The translations under genes were made by a program, and so were the position numbers. The notes under the pieces were generated by a model. The model worked only from the letters and a program-made list of their open reading frames with translations, did not search any database and was not told the origin of the DNA. From Eledone cirrhosa (lineage: Eukaryota), in contig OZ024754.1 in assembly GCA_964016885.1 (NCBI GenBank), forward strand, positions 10,168,001-10,232,000: DNA of 64,000 bases. The letters run 5' to 3'. Shown in pieces: positions 1-14,444 of this stretch (its first letter is position 1; every line of letters starts with the position of its first letter).

Positions 1-293
1 CATTGGTGATACCATCCAATAGTGATACCATCCATTGGTGATACCATCCAATGGTGATACCATCCATTGGTGATACCATCCAATGGTTATACCATCCAAT
101 GGTGATACCATCCATTGGTGATACCATCCATTGGTGATACCATCCATTGGTGATACCATCCATTGGTGATACCATCCAATGGTGATACCATCCATTGGTG
201 ATACCATCCAACGGTGATACCATCCATTGGTGATACCATCCAATGGTGATACCATCCATTGGTGATACCATCCAATGGTGATACCATCCAATG
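1..293. repeat. 16-bp minisatellite (CCATCCA[T/A]TGGTGATA)n, runs off the window start
   Basis: About 18 tandem units read directly. The array runs straight into the SINE body at 294. Confidence 0.95.
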
Positions 294-432
294 GTTGCAA
301 CTCCTGGCAGAAGATGCAACGTGAAATAAAGTGCCTTGCTCAAGGACACAACACATCAACAGGTCTGAGAATTGAACTTGCAACCTCACAATTGCAAATC
401 CAACTCTGTAACCACTCAACCATGCACCTCCA
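294..432 (-). mobile_element. tRNA-derived CORE-type SINE (short form), diverged
   Basis: Minus strand has A-box-like TGGTTGAGTGG, B-box-like AAGTTCAATTC and CORE-like GTGTCCTTGAGCAAGGCACTTTATTTCAC. Similar to 63395-63573 and 32620-32755. Confidence 0.8.
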
Positions 433-1176
433 CCATTTGAGATGATAATTGCCAATTTTTGGTTGTTAACAGAAAACAATGAAGATAAATAATTATAAGC
501 AGGAAAAAAAAAAGAAGAAAGAATGCAAAGAGGGAAATTTGGAGAGCAAGTAAAGAATCACTGGACAGATTTTGGGGATCCAGCCGGATCAGTTGGAAAT
601 GATTGATTCTTACAAGACCCACTGGAAGGAGTGTTTGAGGACTCTGCCCCCACAACCCTCTTAGGAAGAAGAAGAAATAGAAGGAATGTAGAGAAGGTTA
701 GAGAGAGGACATTTAAGAGGGAGAAGAAGTTGGGTTACATAAGAGAGGGACAACTAAAAGGTAGCAATAACATTATAGATGAGATCATTCTATCACTAAT
801 TACGAACGATTTGTGATTATCCTGATATAACTATCTTCTTCACCATGGCCCACACAGCATCACTTTACAGTGCTGAAATGTACTGATGACTGGCAGACCA
901 AGACAAGAACAGGACAAAGCTGGTTCTGAGTCAACCAGATGAGATCATTGATGACCTTAATGACACTAGAAATGAGATGGTGCAGCCAATCTCTCTGGAC
1001 CATTGGACATCAACTTGATAATAGAATCTACTTCAGGTGACCTTTACAAAATGAAACGGGTCATTGATTAATGTTAAAAGTGAAGAAATGGGAGATTGGA
1101 CATCGTAGAAGTATTACATCATCAGGAGAACTGATTGTATTTAAGAGAAATGTTAAAATGTTAGAATAAACCAACT

Positions 1177-1270
1177 ACAGTGAAACCTCAGGTCATGAAC
1201 TTAATTCATTCCTGGAGGCTATTTGTCATCCGAAATGTTTGTAAAGCAAAACTATTTTTCCCATATGAAA
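1177..1270 (+). mobile_element. Tigger/pogo-like DNA transposon terminal remnant
   Basis: TA followed by CAGTGAAACCTC...GAACTTAATTCATTCC resembles pogo/Tigger termini. The partner end is not clearly visible. Confidence 0.4.
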
Positions 1271-1581
1271 TGTTGAGAGAGAAATACAGTGAGCGAGAGA
1301 GAGAGTGACTGTGTGTGAGAGACAGATAAATATCACTAGAGTAACTAACTACACAGTAAGTGATGCTTTCCTGCTGATACTTCCAGCTTGTCACCAACCA
1401 TTATTGCCAGCTTGCATGTTTGTTACTCGAGACACTGTTCGTCATCTGAGACATTTTATATTTGGAAAAATTGTTCTATTAATGCAGATGATAAAAACAA
1501 ATATAAGGATTTCTAACAGAGGCCACAAGAACAGAAATTTAATGGGGAAGAGAAGAATATAAAGGAGGTCTAACTAAATAT

Positions 1582-1782
1582 TCATTTCTAATTTAGGTAC
1601 AACACCAGCAAATTTTTTTTTTGGGGGGGGTGCAAAGTTGATTAAGTACTTGACTGGTACTGTATTTTATCAACCCTGGAAAAATTGAAAAGCAAAGTTG
1701 ACCTTGGCAGAATTTGAACTCAGAATTTAAAGAGCCCAGATAAATATTGCCTGGATAAATACCAATTCTGCCAATCCACTAC
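1582..1782 (-). mobile_element. SINE family A, older diverged long variant
   Basis: ACTGGTAC...TTTTATCAACCC...GAAAAGCAAAGTTGACCTTGGCAGAATTTGAACTCAG matches family A copies elsewhere in the window. Confidence 0.75.
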
Positions 1783-2261
1783 CTAAATATTGCAAGGCTG
1801 TTGTACATATTTTGCCATTCCATCAAATATAATGAACTCATATGTTGAGAAACAAAGAAAGATATCAGATAATTCTCAATAATATAAATCTATTGATAGC
1901 TAACATTTATCAATGGATATAAGCCAATTCAATGAAAAATTTAAATTTTCCTATTGATACCACTCATTCCCAATCTCTCTCTCATTCTTAATTATCTGCC
2001 ACCTACCTTTTGAAGCTTATATGAATCTGCTAACGCAGGAAGCTTCTCTGAAAAGTACAGCTACAGATATTTTACAGCTAGTTGTCTATTTTCTGTCAAT
2101 TAGTGAATTGTAAAGTGAGAATAAGAGCAGTAATTCAGCTGCATAAACTGAATGAGATAAAATAAAGTATTCTTACCTAAAGTACAAAACTTGAAGTAAT
2201 ATAGAATTTTTAAATAACTTACTTAATGCATTCTGCTATATAGTTGTTGCCTTTTTTTAAA

Positions 2262-2680
2262 ATTCTTTATAGAAACCAGCTAGTTATACAATATAATATT
2301 TTTAATTCATTATAGAAACTAGCTAGTGATACAATATAATATTTTTAATTCATTATAAAAACCAGCTAGTTATACAATATAATATTTTTAATTCATTATA
2401 GAAAGTAGCTAGTTATACAATATAATATTTTTAATTCATTATAGAAACTAGCTAGTTATACAATATAATATTTTTAATTCATTATAGAAACTAGCTAGTT
2501 ATACAATATAATATTTTTAATTCACTGTGGAAACCAGTTAGATACATAATATATTTTTAATTCATTGTGGAAACAAGCTAGTTATATAATATAATATTTT
2601 TAATTCATTGTGGAAACTAGCTAGTTACGTAATATATTTTAAACTCATTATGGAAACAAGTTATGTAATATCATATTTTA
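2262..2680. repeat. 43-bp AT-rich minisatellite, about 9-10 copies, decaying 3'
   Basis: Unit TATAGAAACTAGCTAGTTATACAATATAATATTTTTAATTCAT recurs at 2268, 2311 and onward. Confidence 0.9.
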
Positions 2681-3259
2681 ATTATTATGCATGGTTCAGA
2701 CATGTATATCATGCCAACAATAATAATTAATAATAGTTATATAAATGTAAAAAACATTTGCCAGCCCACAACAGAAAATCAACTGCAATAGCTAACAGAG
2801 GGTATTAACAACATTTATAAAGATACATAGCAACGCTATTAAAGATATATTTAATTTTTGCATATAGAAGAAAACGAGAACAACATGCAAAAAATTCCAA
2901 TTTTTGTTTGCATAGCAAATTTGCAGCACTTAGCGACGATAGTCTCTATTTAAACAACAATTACAACAGTAAGAAAGACCAAAACAATCTTTATGTTTAA
3001 CTTCTACTAACTTCATTTTATTTCTTCCCTCCATCCAAATATTTACTCTGTTTCGATTATTGAATACAGAAAGGAAATAATTTGTAATTTCCCCCCTTTT
3101 GAAATTGTTCTTGTGAAGTTCTCATATTGGAGAGGAGCTTAACTGGAGTGGACTAATGGTCAATTAAAATTGGGAATATATATATATCTAAGAAATATTT
3201 ACACTGTTCCCCATTCTTCCTCACCACACACAAATAAATATGCATTAATATTCACAAAC

Positions 3260-3280
3260 AACACACACACAAACTTGTGC

Positions 3281-3313
<33 letters not shown>

Positions 3314-3496
3314 CATACACACCACACCACACCACACACACAAAAGTGTGTGTGTGTGTGTGTATATACATACACACCACACACAAAATTGTGTGTATGG
3401 TGTGTATATATATATTTATATACACACCACACACACAAAATTGTGTGTGTGGTGTGTATATATATATATATATACATACACACCACACACAAACTT

Positions 3497-3541
<45 letters not shown>

Positions 3542-4184
3542 CACACACGCGCACACAAAATTGTGTGTGTGTGTGTACATACACACCACACACATAAACG
3601 CGTGTGTATATATATATATACATAGACACACACACATTATATATATACATATACATACTCATTTTATATATGCACATACGTATAGATACATAGCCACACA
3701 CACACACACACACATATATTGCAATGTATATATGTTCACACACACACAAATTCATACATGTATACATACATATACATACATACATAACATACATACATAC
3801 ATACATACATACATACATGTATATATGCATGCATAACATGTGATTATTTGCAATAGCGTGATCATCCAAGACACATCACAGCATAACCACATATCTCTTC
3901 ATCTCACTTAACTTTTGAAAATCATAAAACTGTGAAACTGGTAAAGTAATTGTAAAAACATGGCTAGATGCCATTTCTAATGTCAACCACTTTACAGCAT
4001 TACTAGAAGCATTTTATTATGGCACCTGAACTACAACCATACAGAGAGGACTGGGTGCATTTTATCATGGAACCGACACTACCAATATCACAGAGTGGAC
4101 TGGGTGCTTTATAATGGCACCAACACTACTCCTCCGATGTTATTTAGCCATTACTAAGTTGACTTTGGGGCAATGTATGTATGT

Positions 4185-4221
<37 letters not shown>

Positions 4222-4266
4222 AATATATACATATGCATATATATATATATATAAATATAAACACAT

Positions 4267-4311
<45 letters not shown>

Positions 4312-4460
4312 AATATATACACATACATAAATATATACACATACATATATATATATACACACACATACGTATATACACACATACATATACATATATACAT
4401 GCATACATATATACATACATACATATATACACACACATATATACATACACACACTCCAAC
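3260..4460. repeat. Two compound (CA)n/(TG)n/(TA)n microsatellite fields (about 3260-3830 and 4175-4460)
   Basis: Read directly. Source of many spurious ORFs. Confidence 0.9.
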
Positions 4461-4726
4461 AACACAGACAAAGACACATATATTATAGATACACAAAGCA
4501 GTGTGGATGTAAAAGAAGCTCAAATTATCTGGAAATTTTATTCATGCCAGACTGCTTTCATTGATTTGGAGCTCAAAAATAATTATTCCCAACCCTGTGT
4601 GTCTGTGCGTGCGCCCCCCCCCCCCCCTCTGCTTCACGTGATTATACTATCATCACCCTAACATATATTTTCTGTCTTGTTGGTGTGAGCTGGATATATG
4701 TAGATTACATTATATATAATTGCCAT

Positions 4727-4900
4727 TATCGGTAGAGAGTCGGACGCCATGCTTTGATGCACAGAGTTACGGCCCTTGCCATTATGAGTTCAAATCCCAC
4801 CGAGGTTAACTTTGCCTTTCATCCTTACGGGGTCGATAGAATAAAGTACCAGTAATGCACTGGGTTATTGCTGGCCTTGTGCCAAAGGTAGAAACAATTA
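4727..4900 (+). mobile_element. SINE family A (tRNA-derived)
   Basis: B box GAGTTCAAATCC, body GAGGTTAACTTTGCCTTTCATCCTTACGGGGTCGATA, tail GGCCTTGTGCCAAAGGTAGAAACAATTA. Confidence 0.9.
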
Positions 4901-5039
4901 TATATGTTCTCACCTCAGCTGTGGGGCCTAGACTACAGAGATCCAATCTCAAACTATCGTCGCACAATTTCCCCTACCTGGGAGACACATATTCTCGGTA
5001 GAAAATCCCTATTCATAATCCTGACTAAGCTTACTTCAT

Positions 5040-5255
5040 TTAACCCTTTACCATTTACATAACTCTATATTTACTATAGTATTTTCACGGTAAAGGCTTT
5101 ATCTCACATAATATTGAATCTATGAGATTTTGATATTATTTATCTTGAGAACAATACCTTAACATCAGTATGAGTAGCAAGTTACAGCCAGTCTGAACTG
5201 AAAGAGGTGAGAGACTTCTGGCTGGATATGGCCAGTTTAAATGCTAGAGGGTTAA
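5040..5255 (+). mobile_element. piggyBac-like MITE (about 210 bp), TTAA-flanked
   Basis: TTAA|CCCTTTACCATTTA ... TAAATGCTAGAGGG|TTAA gives imperfect TIRs starting CCC and a TTAA target. Four more copies are in the window. Confidence 0.8.
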
Positions 5256-5284
5256 ATTAAAACCAATATTTTCATGAAAATTGG

Positions 5285-5640
<356 letters not shown>

Positions 5641-6538
5641 GGCTGGAGGATTTATGAAGAAAATTACATTGTCATGTTTTGCATTTTAAATACACATAAC
5701 ACAAATATACAAATACATTAGTTATGAATTATTTTGGAATTATAGGATCAAGAAACATCACAGTTATCATCATTGTTTTTGCATCTGTTTTTTTTTTTCT
5801 TCCTGCTAGCATGGGTTGTATAGGGCGTTTTGAAGCAATGTTGTACAACTGGATGTCATTTCTGATGGCAACCACATTTTAATAACATTTTACGACATGT
5901 GGGGATACAGTGTACATAGTGGTACAAACAGATTTTCAAATAATGTGTTGCATTAGAGATTTGTAAACAACTGTTAGTTCCCCAATCTCTGGAGAAGTTG
6001 AGTGGAGTGTGGCATTGAATGGGGTGGAATTATTCAATTTTGTTGGCAAATATTTAGATTTTCTTGAAGAGGTTTGCAAAGTTATTAGGAGAAAAATGCT
6101 AAGAAATAAATACAAGAAATATAATAAAATTAAAAAAATAATCTTTGTGCAAAAATACATTTTTGTTTGAATCAGCAAACATCTATTCTAGCTGGTGAGA
6201 TGGAACTCTTTTTATTATTATTATTATTATTATTTCTTCTTTTATCACAAGGAAACACTGAACAATAATCACAGCATCACAACAACACTCTTCATCATTT
6301 TCTTTTATTAACGGAGACTTTGTGATATCAGCATGCTGAAAGGATGCAGAACGTATGGTTGAAACCTATGGTTATCATTTGTGTGTTGTAGGTAAATATA
6401 CCTTGTTAATTACAGGGATGATGTCTCTTTACACTAGTGGCATCTCTTAACTGACAAAAATATGGTGTCAGCTGATGTGGCTACAAAATTGGTATTTACT
6501 GTAAGATATGATGAGATGTTTAGGCTAAGTAAACTATT

Positions 6539-6569
<31 letters not shown>

Positions 6570-6931
6570 AAACCTTTAGGTATAGTAAAGGAAAGATTAG
6601 TGACAGTTGATGTCAATTGGAATGTTTCATGGAACCAATATTGGTTGGAAGTTTAGGAATGTTTAACAGTGCTGTTTGAAACAGTTGGGTAAGAAATCTG
6701 TTTTCAAAAACACAGACTCTTAAAAATAAGTACCTTGATTTTGAACTATTGAATTGCTCCCTAATTTCTCACCAATACATGTAAATTGCTTCTTACAAAC
6801 AAGGAAAGTTCTCAGTGGACGCTTTCCCTGCTAGAAAAAGGAGCTAAATTTCCTTCAAATGACACTCCCACCATCAGTCTTGAATAAGGAAAGTACATAA
6901 TAGATAATGTTTAGAGTACTAAATATCCCTA

Positions 6932-7250
6932 AAATCGAGATGATCATGGTTGGGATATCTTTGATCATAGGACTGCTCAATCTGGGATAACCTAATAATC
7001 GAGATGATCATGATTGGGATATCTTTGATCATAGGACTGCTCAATCTGGGATAACCTAATAATCGAGATGATCATGATTGGGGGATCTTTGATCATAGGA
7101 CTGCTCAATCTGGGATAACCTAATAATCGAGATGATCATGATTGGGGGATCTTTGATCATAGGACTGCTCAATCTGGGATAACCTAATAATCGAGATGAT
7201 CATGATTGGGGGATCTTTGATCATAGGACTGCTCAATCTGGGATAACCTA
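6932..7250. repeat. 64-bp tandem repeat, 5 copies
   Basis: AATCGAGATGATCATG...CTGGGATAACCTAAT with a period of 64 (6934, 6998 and onward). Confidence 0.93.
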
Positions 7251-8639
7251 GTCTAAAACAGCAACAATAACAACAACAACTAGTTACCTGGGTAACGTAG
7301 TCTAAACCACCAACAATAACTATAATAACAACAACTAGTTACCTAGATAACCTAGTACTAAACAACCAACAATAACAACTATACTATTTACCACAACTAG
7401 TTACCCGTCAGTTTTATTCAATAATCAACCCTGATCCAGCAAGTCTAAGGTAGTAATTAATAAAATTGTATACAATTAAATGAAAGAGCTACTTCAATGG
7501 TGGGCACTAAATAAAACCAGTAAAAATATAGTTTTCGATGATGACACTAAGTCTCAACTAATACCAAATCTCTATTTAAATTATCTGATCACTAGGAGGT
7601 ATTAGATTATTTATCTCATATGAAAGAGAACATTTGAAAAGAATTACTGAGAAAGAAATTAATTGCCATTGTAAGTGAATTCCCTCCTACACCCACCATC
7701 GCTGGTTTCTTCTCTGTCTCATCACAACAGCACTCTTCATAATGACTTGAGCATTTAGAGAACAAAACTGACAAAAATAATTAGAAGTGAGCCACAGGAG
7801 ATAATTTTAATTCTGAAATTTAAAGGATAACAAAAACACAAATGAAAAAAAAACAATGGGGGTTGTGTGAAGGTGTGTGTGTGAATAGGTGTGTGAAGGT
7901 GTGTGTGTGTGAAGGTGTGTGAATAGGTGTGTGTGTGTGTGTGTGAATGTATGTGAACGAGTGTGTGTAAATGTGTGCATGTGTGTGTGTGTGTGTGAGT
8001 TTGCGTATGTTTTTATACATGTTTATGTGTATGTGTCTGTGTGTGCATTCACTAATTCAAAAGGAGACGGGAGTGTGGAAGGAGTATGAGGGAGGAGAAG
8101 GAGAGTGGGGGGGAGTAAGCCAAGTGCTAAGAACAACTAGAATGCTGCTGCCACTGTTGTTGTTGATAGATCAACTGTCGTCAACTCTCATTCTAGGATG
8201 ATTAAAAAACAATCTGTCATTCTAAATTTGAAAATATTAAGATATAATCTATGCCTGATGCTAAATCAATTTTGGGCTGATGAATAATCTGCACCTAAGA
8301 TAGCTCCAGTTAGCTGAATGTGATATGCCACTTTAAATTGATTCACTAAATCCCTTTCAATCATTATATCAGCATCATTATCATCATCTCCATTAGTTTT
8401 TACATTTGTTTTCCATCCTAGTATAGGCCAGACAAGAGTTTTTTTTATACAATATTCTATAGCTGGGTATAAACTCTTGTTTGTTTTCCTAAGTAAAGTA
8501 CAACATATCTAAGTAACTACCAAAGTATGGTACTTCTGCTAATGTGGAACATAAAGTAAACAACACTGTATCGAATGTAAATCAAAGAGTTAGGGACAAA
8601 CAAATAAGCACACACACATTTCTACACATTCATTCATAT

Positions 8640-8875
8640 ATAATTGTTTCCACTTTTGGCACAAGGCCAGCAATTATCCCAGTGTATTACTGGTACGTTA
8701 TTTTATGGACCCCGTAAGGATCCAAGGCAAAGTTAACCTCGGCGGGATTTGAACTCAAACCATAAAGGACCATAACTCTTTGTTGCAAAGCATGGCGTCC
8801 GACCCTCTACCGATACTGCCAATCCACCACCCTAGCATGGCGTCCGACCCTCTACCGATACTGCCAATCCACCGT
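8640..8875 (-). mobile_element. SINE family A with tandemly duplicated 5' head
   Basis: Full family A body. GCATGGCGTCCGACCCTCTACCGATACTGCCAATCCACC is present twice (about 8790 and 8835). Confidence 0.9.
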
Positions 8876-8918
8876 CATATATAATGATGGCTGCAACTCA
8901 ATTCCAATTAATGCCATC

Positions 8919-9083
8919 GCTTGATACTTAAACATGAGTATTACACACCTGACTTTTTAGCTTGATACTTAAACATGAGTATTACACACCTGACTTTTTA
9001 GCTTGATACTTAAACATGAGTATTACACACCTGACTTTTTAGCTTGATACTTAAGCATGAGCATTACACACCTGACTTTTTAG
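8919..9083. repeat. 41-bp tandem repeat, 4 copies
   Basis: GCTTGATACTTAAACATGAGTATTACACACCTGACTTTTTA at 8919, 8960, 9001 and 9042. Confidence 0.93.
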
Positions 9084-10782
9084 TCCTGCTAGGGACTTGT
9101 CTATGGCCAGCAATACCATGTATCGCAAAAAAAATCTAACATATCAACTGATGCCTGTGCACAGGGTCAATACCACTTTCTGAACATCGAAGAACATACA
9201 TACATATATACATACAGATATATACATATACAGACACTAACACACACAGATATATAGAGGGTTTCCATACAGTTTCTGTCTACTAATTTCCCCCAGAAAC
9301 TATTGGTTGGTTCAGAAAACATTTGCGGTTGCAAAACAAACATTTTAACCAGACCCGCACACACACACACAGACACACATCTGCATCTATATTATGATAA
9401 GATTATCTGTACAAAAAAAAAACAAACAAAAAAAAACTTGAAAAGCTCCAGTATGGCCATACCTGACAGTAGAGGAAGTCTTGTAAATAATTACGCAATT
9501 TTTTTTTTCTTTTTGAAGAAGAATTATTTTATCTCAAAATACTAACAAAAATAACAAAGAATTTAATATTTAGTCTAACAAATAGAAAAAAATGGTAGCA
9601 TTGGAAGGACTATAAATGCTATGAGAGGAAAAGGAGGAAAAGAGCAAGGATTATTAAATTATTAAGCAACAAAAGAAAGCTTGAACTCAGGTACAAACTT
9701 AATTCAGAGAGACAAACCATCACCTATCCTAGATTTTCTTCCACAGACAATTAATATGAAGATTCATATTTACATTCTGTAGAGACATACAACTAAACTC
9801 TATACAAAATTGAAGACGAAAATAATTATCAAGAGACTTGCTTGGGACTAATGATGGAAGTTGTGTTAATAATCACGTTCTTGAGAAACTGTTTGGAGAT
9901 TTCTGTAGCAATCAACAACCTTGTCAGCTGCTTGACAATGGAGGAGTTTACAAAAAAATAAAAATAAAAAAAATCCTTCACTTTAGGATTAATATAGACC
10001 ATACTTTGACACTATTTTAAAATGACAAAAACATATTTCTCAACAGATATATTTCTTACATATTTAAATAAATTTTTTTTTTTTTGTCAAACAGATATTA
10101 CAATACATTAAAACTACTCCATATTTTTTCTGACATGATTCTTCTTATTTTATGTTGTTTTTTTTTTTAAACTATCCCAAGTTGAAATCAGTTCTGTACA
10201 ACAGATATACTTCATGGTTAATATACTTCATGGCTTTCTACTACTCTGGTTATACACATAAAATACCATTATTATGAATACTATTTTAACAAATTTTTCA
10301 GTATAACAAAATTTTTTTCAATCCTCTGAGGTAATAACAAACAAACGCTTGATTTGTTTTGGTCGATCTCATTATAAAGAATTTTTTTAGACTCCATGAA
10401 TTTTGTTATAACGGAATTTCACTGCACTTAACTATATATTGTATGGTCCCGTAATTCCTGATGGAGTTGTAAGGGCGCCATAGAGGCATACAGTATTTCT
10501 TGGTCATTTTAAACCTGGTGACGCACACCTCCTCTCCGTGTTTGAACATGACAGATTTCTTTCAGAGAAGGATAAAAAGTGAGAGAGAACAAGTGAGAAA
10601 GAGATAAAAAGTGAGAGAGAACAAGTGAGAAAGAGATACAGAGGAAGAATCGACCCCCAGTACTAGACTGGTACTTTTTTTTTATCAAACTCGAAAGGAT
10701 GAAAGGCAAAGTCTACTGCTGCTACTACTACTGCTGCAACAACGGCAACAGTCATCACGAATAATATAATACATTATAATTA

Positions 10783-11066
10783 GTTCAATTCTCAGACCAG
10801 GCAATGTGTTGTTTCCTTGAGCAAGACACTTTATTTCACATTGCTCCAGTTTACTCAGCTGTAGAAATGAGATGATAGGACTGGGGTCCCTATCATTCCA
10901 CTGCAAAGTGGTCATGGAGGTGCCACGGCAAAAAAGCACCCAGCACTCACTGTAAATGAGGTTGGTGTTAGGAAGGGCATCCAGCTGTAGAAATCAAGCC
11001 AGAATCAGTTCCCGTCCCACCCTTGCAAGCAGGGAAAAAGCGGACATATGATGAAATGATGAAATG
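10783..11066 (+). mobile_element. SINE family B (tRNA head, CORE, RTE-derived body and tail), 5'-truncated at the B box
   Basis: Nearly identical to 21530-21876. Flanked by the 10-bp direct repeat ATTATAATTA (10773-10782 and 11067-11076), a TSD. Confidence 0.9.
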
Positions 11067-11668
11067 ATTATAATTACAAATTTAATTCTTAACATTCTGT
11101 AATGATTTAGCAAAAATATTTAAAAATGAGTTTGTTAAATCAAATGTTTGTAGTATCTTTAATACTGGACAGATCATTGTAAAAACTGGCAGTATAAACT
11201 AAAATAAAAACTTTATTTTTGAATGTGATGTAGTGTAGTCATTTGTACTTTCAAGCATGTCATGCTAATGTGGTTTCATGTGGTACAGGACATTTACAAT
11301 TAAACAATGTTCCGTGTATGCTATCACTTCCACCTTATCTGACTACAATCTATAAGCTGTCTATACATTCTCGCTGCAATATGCTTTTAAGAATTAAAAC
11401 AACTATTATTTCTTACACATAATTCATCAAAATCTGATTGACAAAAATTACTATATCACTAAGAAGCAGTTATATTCAGTAAGAGTAGTAACAAGTCTAT
11501 GCTTGCAGTTGATTATTGCTTAATAAATGCTTCAGTCTTTTATCTTATTAATAATAAAAAGAAAATTGGAAAAATCTAATTTCTCTAAAATCCATTTCAT
11601 TTCTAATAATTAGTTAAGATAAAATATTGTGTTTGTTCTAAGTAATTACAAATTAACATAGGAAGAGG

Positions 11669-11705
<37 letters not shown>

Positions 11706-11980
11706 AGAGAGAGAGAGGGGGGGAGAGAGAGAGAGGGGGGGAGGGGGTGGTGCGTGTAAGTTATAATTGAAAATTTTACTTAAATGATTTATTAGTCATT
11801 TTCATAACTTGGATTTCTAAAAGATTCGTAATTTCATCAACAAATTTTAATTAATTGGGGTGGACAGGAGGCGGAGTGATATGAAATTTGTTACACTTTT
11901 AAAATATAAGTAGTATAGATACTATTATATATGAGGTATACACTATTAATTACCCTTTATTTAAGTAAGGTATTGACAGT

Positions 11981-12184
11981 AATAATTGTTTCTACTTTTG
12001 GCACAAGGCCAGCAATTATCCCAGTGTATTACTGGTACTTTATTTTATCGAACACCCCCCCCCCCCCCGTAAGTATGAAAGGCAAAGTTAACCTCAGTGG
12101 GATTTGAACTCAGACCGTAAAGGGCCGTAACTCCATGCTGCAAAGCATGGCATCCGACCCTCTACCGATACTGCCAATCCACCA
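11981..12184 (-). mobile_element. SINE family A, full length
   Basis: Complete head-to-tail match to the other family A copies. Confidence 0.9.
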
Positions 12185-13289
12185 TGTATTGATATTAATA
12201 ATATCTAAGTAGCAGGTATTAGTTTCGAAGAGTTGGATAATATTCGGAATATTCTAAATAAGATAGAAGCAAAACTCCCACTTGAATATACTGACAGAAT
12301 ATTGAGAAAATACAGACAGACACACATATACATAAACAATACAAGAAAAAACATTAGCACAAACACTACAATATATTTTACAAATGTTTGAAAGTTTTCT
12401 AATGAACACAAAACATGTCTTTCCACACGTTTTTTTCTTCTTCTTGGGAATGAAATTTCAATGGGTTACTTTTAAAAAGCAAAAAAGCAAAAGAAAAAAA
12501 ATGAAACAAAGTAAAAACAAAAAAGAAATGAAAAGAAAAAGAAAACTTACATGTAAATACAAGAAAGTATATACATATGTATATTGGTTGATTGAATTAT
12601 AGCATAAAATGTGCCAACAAAGGCCAGTGGTACTGGAATTTATTATCAGCTAGAGCCAAGAGTCTTTTTGTTGGCAAGTTTATTGTTTCGCAGACCAAGC
12701 CATCACAACCACGACCGACACAACAACACTTACTTAATACTTTATTTAATTTTCATCTTACTTATTCATACAGCTTCCTCATAAACCTTAATTATAGTCA
12801 TATCTCAAAATAAAAATAATAAAAACTAATAAAAAAAAAAAACAAAGGAACTTCTGGAGAAATCAAACACAGGCTTTGACAATATGTGGTTCTCTGTGAG
12901 ATTTAATTTACCAAAAAACATCAACAACTAGTTTGTGTAGAAAGAACGTCAAAGTCTGTGTGTGCATAAGTCAAAGATGTAAACTTGAAAATAAATAGAA
13001 TGCAGACTAGCAGCAACACCTCAATTCCTTGTTGTCTAACAGCCATCAATCTCACAAAAACAAATCCTCATAAAAAACCGTAATAGAAGGAAGAAAATAG
13101 ACCAAAAAACTCCACCAAAATTGATATAAATTATGGATAAAACAGAAGAGATATAAAAACAAATTGTTAAATATTCTATAACTAAAACACAGAAGAGAAA
13201 ATGAAATACAAAATGATTGATATAGATTAAAAATAAAATAATAGCAAGCTGTTACTTACTAATTAATAAATATTTATATCAGATACGCA

Positions 13290-14420
13290 CGTATAAATGT
13301 GTGTCACTGTTTGTATAGTAGTGTGTATATGTGTTGTGTATACATATATGTGGTATATGTGAATGTGTGTGTGTTACTGTTTGTGTATTACTGTGTGTAT
13401 ATGTGTGTTGTGTACACATATCATATATGTGTAACACAACACACACATTTACATATATCATATAAATATGTAAATGTCTGTGTGTTACTGTTTGTGCATT
13501 ACTGTGTGTATGTGTGTGTTGTGTACACATATATATGGTATATGTGTGTGTGAATGTCTGCATGTGTTGTGTATACATATATGGTATATGTAAATGTGTG
13601 TTGTGTACACGTGTGGTATATGTGAATGTGTGTGTGTGTTGTAAACACATGGAGTATGTGAATGCGTTGTGTACACGTGTGGTATTTGTAAATGTGTGGT
13701 GTGTTGTGTATACATATGGTATATTGTGTGTATTGTGTACACATATATGGTATATGTGCGAGTGTGTGTGTTGTGTTAATCATATATGGTATATGTGTGA
13801 GTGTGTGTGTTGTGTACACATATAATGGTATATATGTGAATGTATGTGAGTGTTGTGTTAACCATATATGGTATATGTGTGAGTGTGTGTGTGTTGTGTT
13901 AACCATATATGGTATATGTGTGAGTGTGTGTGTGTTGTGTACACATATATGGTATATGTGTGTGCTGTGTACACATATATGGTATACGTGTGTGTTGTGT
14001 ACACATACATGGTATATGTGTGAATGTATGTGTGTGTTGTGTTAACCATATATGGTATATGTGTGAATATATGTGTGTTGTGTTAACCATATATGGTATA
14101 TGTGAGTGTGTGTGTTGTGTACACATATATGGTATATGTGTGAATGTATGTGTGTGTTGTGTTAACCATATATGGTATATGTGTGAGTGTGTGTGTTGTG
14201 TACACATATATGGTATATGTGTGAATGTATGTGTGTGTTGTGTTAACCATATATGGTATATGTGTGTGTTGTGTACACATATATGGTATATGTGAGTGTG
14301 TGTGTTGTGTACACATATACGGTATATGTGTGAATGTATGTGTGTGTTGTGTTAACCATATATGGTATATGTGAGTGTGTGTGTTGTGTACACATATATG
14401 GTATATGTGTGAATGTATGT
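13290..14420. repeat. Complex TG/TA-rich minisatellite with alternating GTTGTGTACACATATATGGTATAT and GTTGTGTTAACCATATATGGTATAT units
   Basis: Read directly. Units of about 30-40 bp, more homogeneous toward the 3' end. Confidence 0.88.
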
Positions 14421-14444
14421 GCTAATAATAATAATAATAATAAT

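Noticed and set aside
3170-4661. Cys/Val/Tyr/His/Thr-rich ORFs here and at 13.3-14.4, 18.3-19.1, 21.8-22.5 and 52.2-52.8 kb
   Set aside because: Dinucleotide microsatellite translations with no domain content.
10441-10540. Similarity to 31208-31300 (GAGT(T/C)GTA(A/G)GGGCGC...TTTCTTGG.CATTTTAA), possibly a DNA transposon remnant
   Set aside because: Too short and diverged to classify, with no TIR pair or TSD seen.
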